A stretch of 64,000 bases of DNA from assembly GCA_963747235.1 (NCBI GenBank), contig CAVVEU010000040.1:448001-512000 (forward strand), read 5' to 3'. Below the pieces are notes generated by a model that saw nothing but the letters and a program-made list of their open reading frames with translations, did not search any database and was not told where the DNA came from. The first letter of the stretch is position 1, and every line of letters begins with the position of its first letter. Below are positions 59,641 to 64,000 of the stretch, one piece after another. A program made the translations under genes and the position numbers. The stretch comes from an uncultured Candidatus Rokubacteria bacterium (GTDB lineage Bacteria; Methylomirabilota; Methylomirabilia; Rokubacteriales; CSP1-6).

Positions 59641-60177
59641 TCAAGGGCTTATCAGGGACTTACGAGACCGGCGGGAGCGGGGAGACTGCTGGGAAATGTC
59701 AGTGCGGGCGCGCCTACGGTCAGCGTGGGCGCGCTTGCGCGCGGCGCGGGTCTCGGCCTCCTCGACGGAGTGCGACGCGGTGAGCGTCGTATCGCGCTTG
59801 GCGATCTGGGCGAGCGTCTGGTAGTGCCGGTGCAGGGTCGCCACCTCGTGCTCGGTCAGATCCTCGACGTTGATCAGCCGGTTGCTCGCGCCCTGCAGCA
59901 CCGCCACGATCTCGTTCAGCTTGAGATGGATCGCCAGCGAGTCCTTGTTCTGCGAGCGCTGGATCAGGAACACCATGAGGAAGGTGACGATGGTGGTGCC
60001 GGTATTGATGACGAGCTGCCAGGTATCCGAGAAGTGGAAGACCGGCCCGAGCAGGGCCCAGACGATGATGACGCCGACCGCGCCCGCGAAGGCCTGCGAG
60101 CTACCCGTCCAGACCGTGACCGCCCGCGCGGAGCGCTCCAGCCACCTGCTCCCGTCCGTCTGCCGTCGCTTGGCCAT
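59641..60177 (-). CDS. Low-affinity iron permease (Fet4-like) family small membrane protein
   Basis: FSDTWQLVINTGTTIVTFLMVFLIQ..QN; KLNE. Confidence 0.88.
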   Translation of the reverse strand: MAKRRQTDGSRWLERSARAVTVWTGSSQAFAGAVGVIIVWALLGPVFHFSDTWQLVINTGTTIVTFLMVFLIQRSQNKDSLAIHLKLNEIVAVLQGASNRLINVEDLTEHEVATLHRHYQTLAQIAKRDTTLTASHSVEEAETRAARKRAHADRRRARTDISQQSPRSRRSRKSLISP

Positions 60178-60197
60178 CGCGTGATCCTCCGGAGCGC

Positions 60198-61575
60198 TCA
60201 GCTCATCGGCCAGCGGGAGCGCGGGAACGAGACGCCGGTGCGGGCCTGCAGCCGCTCGCCGATCTCCTGCACGCGCGCGAAGAGGCGCGGCTCGTCCACG
60301 AAGCTCTGCCGGTAGGCGTCCACCACCACCCGCCCGTCGATCACCACGGTGTGCACGCTGCGGCCGTCCGCGTTGTAGACCAGATTGTTGACCGGGTTCC
60401 AGAGCGCCTGCCATTCCGGGCGCAGGGTGTCGAAGCAGACGAGATCGGCCTTCTTCCCGACCTCGATCGAGCCCAGCTCGTCGCCCAGCCCCATCGCCTG
60501 CGCGCCCTGGAGCGTCGCCATCTCGAGCGCGGTCTCCGCGGGGACCTGGCGCGTGTCCTGGCGCGCGTCCTTGTACTGGATCGCCGCCATGTTCATGGTG
60601 CGCACCATGTCGAGGTGGTTCGAGTTGTTGGGCGAGTCGCAGCCGAGCGCGACCTTCACGCCGCGGGCGAGGAACTCGGGCATGCGGCCGTGCTGCGGCA
60701 CGCCGCGGCCGCCCTTGGCCGCGGTGACCGGGCACATCGCGATCGCGGTGCCGGTCTGCGCGACCACGTCGATCTCCGCCTCGTCGAGGCCCAGGCAGTG
60801 GGCCAGCAGCACGTTCGGCCCCAGCACCCCGATGGACTGCAGGTAGGCGGTCGGGCTGTGCCCGTACCGGGCCACCGCGTCCTCGCGCGCCTTGGTCCCG
60901 CTGTTGTGGTGCAGCGTGAGGCCGCTGCCGCGCTCGTCCACCACCCGCTTGAGCGCCTGCAGCAGGCCCGCGCTGCACGTCTCGTACGAGAACGGCATCG
61001 CCCACGCCCGGATCCGCCCGTCGAGCCGGCCGTTCCACTTCTCGATGAACGACGTGGTGCGGGCCACCGCCTCCGGCGCCGGGTAGCGCGGGCAGCTTCC
61101 ACGGCGCCTCCTGGTCGGTCACCGCCTCTCCGAGCACGACGCGGATGCCCGCGTCCTCGTAGGCCTGCAGGCACGCGTCGGGGAACTGCGTGCTCCCGGG
61201 GTCGAGGAAGCACACCGTGCCGTTGCGGACCAGCTCGACCAGGCCGAGCAGGGTGGCGTGGTACTCCTCGTCCTCCGTCATCGCCGATTGCAGGTTGAAG
61301 ACGTGGAGCAGCGGGCTCGCCTGCTCGTCGGGAAAGATGCCGCGCACCGGATGCGCGTAGCTGATGTGCATGTGCCCGTTGAAGAAGCCGGGGGTGATCA
61401 CGAGATGGCGCCCGTCGATGACGCGGGCGGCGCGCGCGTCGGCCAGCTCGGCCGCCTTGCCCACCCGGGTGATGCGGCCGCCCTCCACCAGGATGGCGCC
61501 GTCCTGGATGATGCGGCGCTGGCGATCGACGGTCAGGATGTACCGCGCGTGATCGATCTTGAGACTCTCTGCCAT
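60198..61575 (-). CDS. Metal-dependent amidohydrolase (Atz/Trz/MtaD-like); +1 frameshift near 61092
   Basis: PGFFNGHMH, LAHC, LGCD, GSIEVGKKAD. Confidence 0.88.
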
Positions 61576-61696
61576 GGAGCGCCGCCTCCCGGAACGGGGA
61601 TGATGAGCCGCCCGGAGTCTACGTCGGCGGGCGGGCCTTGTCCATCGGACGCCCCTCCCCGATGGTCGGACGTCATGGATGCTATGGTCGGGCGTC

Positions 61697-62576
61697 ATGA
61701 CGCTCGCGCATACGGCCCTCGTGCTCGCGGTGGTGGTCATCTGGGGCCTCGCCTTCGTCGCCACCCGATGGGCGCTCGACGACTTCTCGCCGCCCCAGCT
61801 CACCGCGCTGCGCTTCCTCATCGCGGCCGCGCCCGCGCTCGTGCTGGCGCGCCCGCGCGTGCCCTGGCGCATCCTCGTTCCGATCGGCCTCACGCTGTTC
61901 ATGGGCCAGTTCCTCCTGCAGTTCTTCGGGATCGCCTCGGGCATGCCGCCCGGCCTCGCCGCGATCGTGGTCCAGACCCAGGCGCTCTTCACGATCCTCT
62001 TCGCCGCGCTGGCCCTGGGCGAGCGCCCCGGCCGCCGCGAGTGGACCGGCACCGCGCTCGCGTTCGCCGGCCTCGGGCTGATCGCGCTCACCGTCGGTCG
62101 CGACCTGACCGCGGCGGGCCTCGCGCTGACCGGGCTCTCCGCGGTGAGCTGGGGCGTCGGCAACGTGCTCGTCAAGCGGCTGCCGCCGGTGGACATGCTG
62201 CGGCTCATGGTGTGGCTGAGCGTGATCCCGCCGCTGCCGTCGCTCGCGCTGTCCCTCGCGCTCGACGGCCCGCGCGCGCTCGGCGACGCCCTCGCGGCCA
62301 GCTCGTGGCTCGGCCGCGGCGCCGCGCTCTACCTGGGCCTGGTCGCCACCGTGCTCGCGTACGCGATCTGGGGCGGCCTGCTGCGCCGCTACCCCGCCGC
62401 GACCGTCGCGCCGTTCGCGCTCCTGATCCCGTTCGTCGCGGCCTACGCTTCCTCGCTCGCGTTCGGCGAGCGGTTCGGCCCGCTCCGTCTCGCGGGCATG
62501 GGGCTCGTCCTGCTCGGACTCGCGGTGATCGTGGCGCCGATCGGCGCGACGGGCCGGGCCCGTCGCATTCCGGTGA
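61697..62576 (+). CDS. eamA: EamA-family exporter (O-acetylserine/cysteine exporter-like); stop probably displaced by a frameshift
   Basis: IWG..F, GMPPGLAA..QTQA, LALGERP, YAIWG.LL..YPAATVAPFALL. Confidence 0.8.
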
Positions 62577-62683
62577 CACCGGGTAAAACCGCCCGGGAAG
62601 AAACTTCCCGGAGGCCGGCCGGAGGGGCCACGCCCTCGGGCGCACTCCGCCATGGTGACGCGGGTTTCTCCACGCACGGTCGC

Positions 62684-62698
62684 TGGCACGTCAGTTGC
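62684..62698 (+). promoter_or_regulatory. Consensus sigma54 promoter
   Basis: TGGCACG-TCAG-TTGC(T), an exact match to the -24/-12 consensus. Confidence 0.75.
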
Positions 62699-62714
62699 TG
62701 TTCACTCTCCGCCC

Positions 62715-64000
62715 ATGTCCGATCCGGAGCCGTTCGAGCACTTCGTACAATTCTACGAGGCGGATCCCTCTCTCTACGACTCGCTGGTGACCTTCATCGG
62801 CGGCGGCCTCGCGGCCGGCGAAGCCGGGATCGTGGTCGCCACCCCCGAGCACCGGGACGAGCTCGAGCGGCGCCTGCGCGCGACGGGCATCGACCTGGAC
62901 GCGGCGCGCGCCGCCGGGACCTACGTGACCCTCGACGCCGACGAGACCCTCGCGCGGATCATGGTGGACGGCATGCCGGATCCGCAGCGCTTCGCCGAGG
63001 TGATCGGCGGCGAGCTGACGCGCGCCGCGCGGGGCGGGCGCGGGCTCCGCGTGTTCGGCGAGATGGTCGGCCTGCTGCTCGCGCGCGGCCACGCCTCCGC
63101 CACCATTCGCCTCGAGGAGCTCTGGAACGAGCTGCGACGGACACACGCGTTCCGGCTCTTCTGCGCCTATCCCCTCGACCGGCTCGGAGACCGCGGGCTG
63201 GCGCACCCGATCGCGGAGGTCTGCGCCCGCCACTCCCGCGTCATTCCCGCCGGGAGCCACGCGTCCGACGCCGCCGCCAGCGAGCGGCTGGGCGAGCTCG
63301 AGGCGCAGATCGAGGATCTCCGCCAGCTCCACGAGACCAGCGTGCGCCTGACCAGCCTGCTCGACGTGGAGTCCGTGCTGCGCGAGGTCCTGCGCGCGGC
63401 CATGGCGGTGCAGGCCACCGGGCTCGGCCTGCTCTCCCTCTGCGATCCGGAGCAGGCCGGCCTGCGCCTCGGGGTGCACGCGGGGCTCGACGACGAGTTT
63501 CTCCGGCAGCGTCGCGGCGGTGCCCCCGGGCGGCGGCGCCTGCGGCACCGCCTACGCGGAGCGGCGACGGGTGGTGGTCGAGGACACCGAGGCGGATCCG
63601 ATCTACGCGCCCTATCGCGAGGCGGCCCGCAAGGCCGGCTTCCGCGCCTGCCACAGCACGCCCCTGATCAGCCGGCGCGGTGACATGATCGGCGTGCTGT
63701 CCGTCCTGTTCGTGGAGCCGCATCGGCCGTCGGACCGCGAGACGCGTCTCATGGATCTCTACGCGCGGATCGCGGCCGACTCGATCGAGAATGCCCGGCT
63801 GCACCAGCGCCTGCAGCAGGAGCTCGAAGACCGCCGGCAGTCGCTGACCCGCGAGCACACCGCGCGCGCGGAGGCCGAGACCGCCAACCGGATGAAGGAC
63901 GAGTTCCTGGCCACCGTCTCGCACGAGCTGCGGACGCCGCTCAACGCGATCCTGGGCTGGTCGCACATCCTTGCGCTCGGGCAAGCCCGACGAGGCCACG
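62715..64000 (+). CDS. MEDS-GAF-histidine kinase, runs off the right edge; +1 frameshift near 63510
   Basis: HFVQFY, RVFGEMV, LEELWN, CAYP (MEDS); ACGTA...CHSTPL (GAF); [16 protein letters not shown]. Confidence 0.88.

Noticed and set aside
59641-62208. Apparent amidohydrolase-iron permease fusion of 855 aa
   Set aside because: Artefact of the +1 frameshift near 61092; the two genes are separate, and the permease gene has its own GGAGG RBS
61679-63667. Apparent 662-aa EamA extension
   Set aside because: Sequence after about 62570 is off-frame to the MEDS kinase; probable indel before TGA 62574
171-63999. Many long Arg/Gly/Ala/Pro-rich ORFs in the track (e.g. 1037-2797, 10431-12377, 32194-33828, 48836-50815, 56901-58832)
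   Set aside because: Antisense or off-frame shadows of recognisable genes, expected at this GC content
1-64000. tRNA, rRNA, known riboswitches or selenocysteine recoding
   Set aside because: None recognised by eye in the intergenic regions; MsrA has an ordinary Cys in GCFWG; a covariance-model scan would be needed to exclude small RNAs

Overview
Very GC-rich (roughly 70% or more, judged by eye) bacterial chromosomal window, densely coding, with about 57 real genes. Most of the long ORFs in the track are antisense or off-frame shadows. The gene mix (many Tat/Sec solute-binding proteins, LIV, sugar and peptide ABC systems, CoA-transferases, LLM oxidoreductases, palindromic repeats) resembles soil Rokubacteria/Methylomirabilota, but that is only an impression. 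I found no rRNA, tRNA, CRISPR array, transposase or prophage. About a dozen genes are broken, nearly all by single-base insertions, which points to long-read consensus errors rather than true pseudogenes. The best candidate for an undescribed system is a translationally coupled operon at 42514-46191. It encodes an output-less polytopic CHASE2 receptor, a small secreted Cys-rich protein ending in GATRGVGECK, and an M48 lipoprotein protease, and is divergent from a doubly anchored lipoprotein and a Sel1 protein. Also notable: a strand-symmetric shift in synonymous codons converging on long palindromic elements, five sigma54-type promoters, a possible non-phosphorylative acid-sugar pathway with an AOR-family oxidoreductase, and an Anbu/transglutaminase pair.
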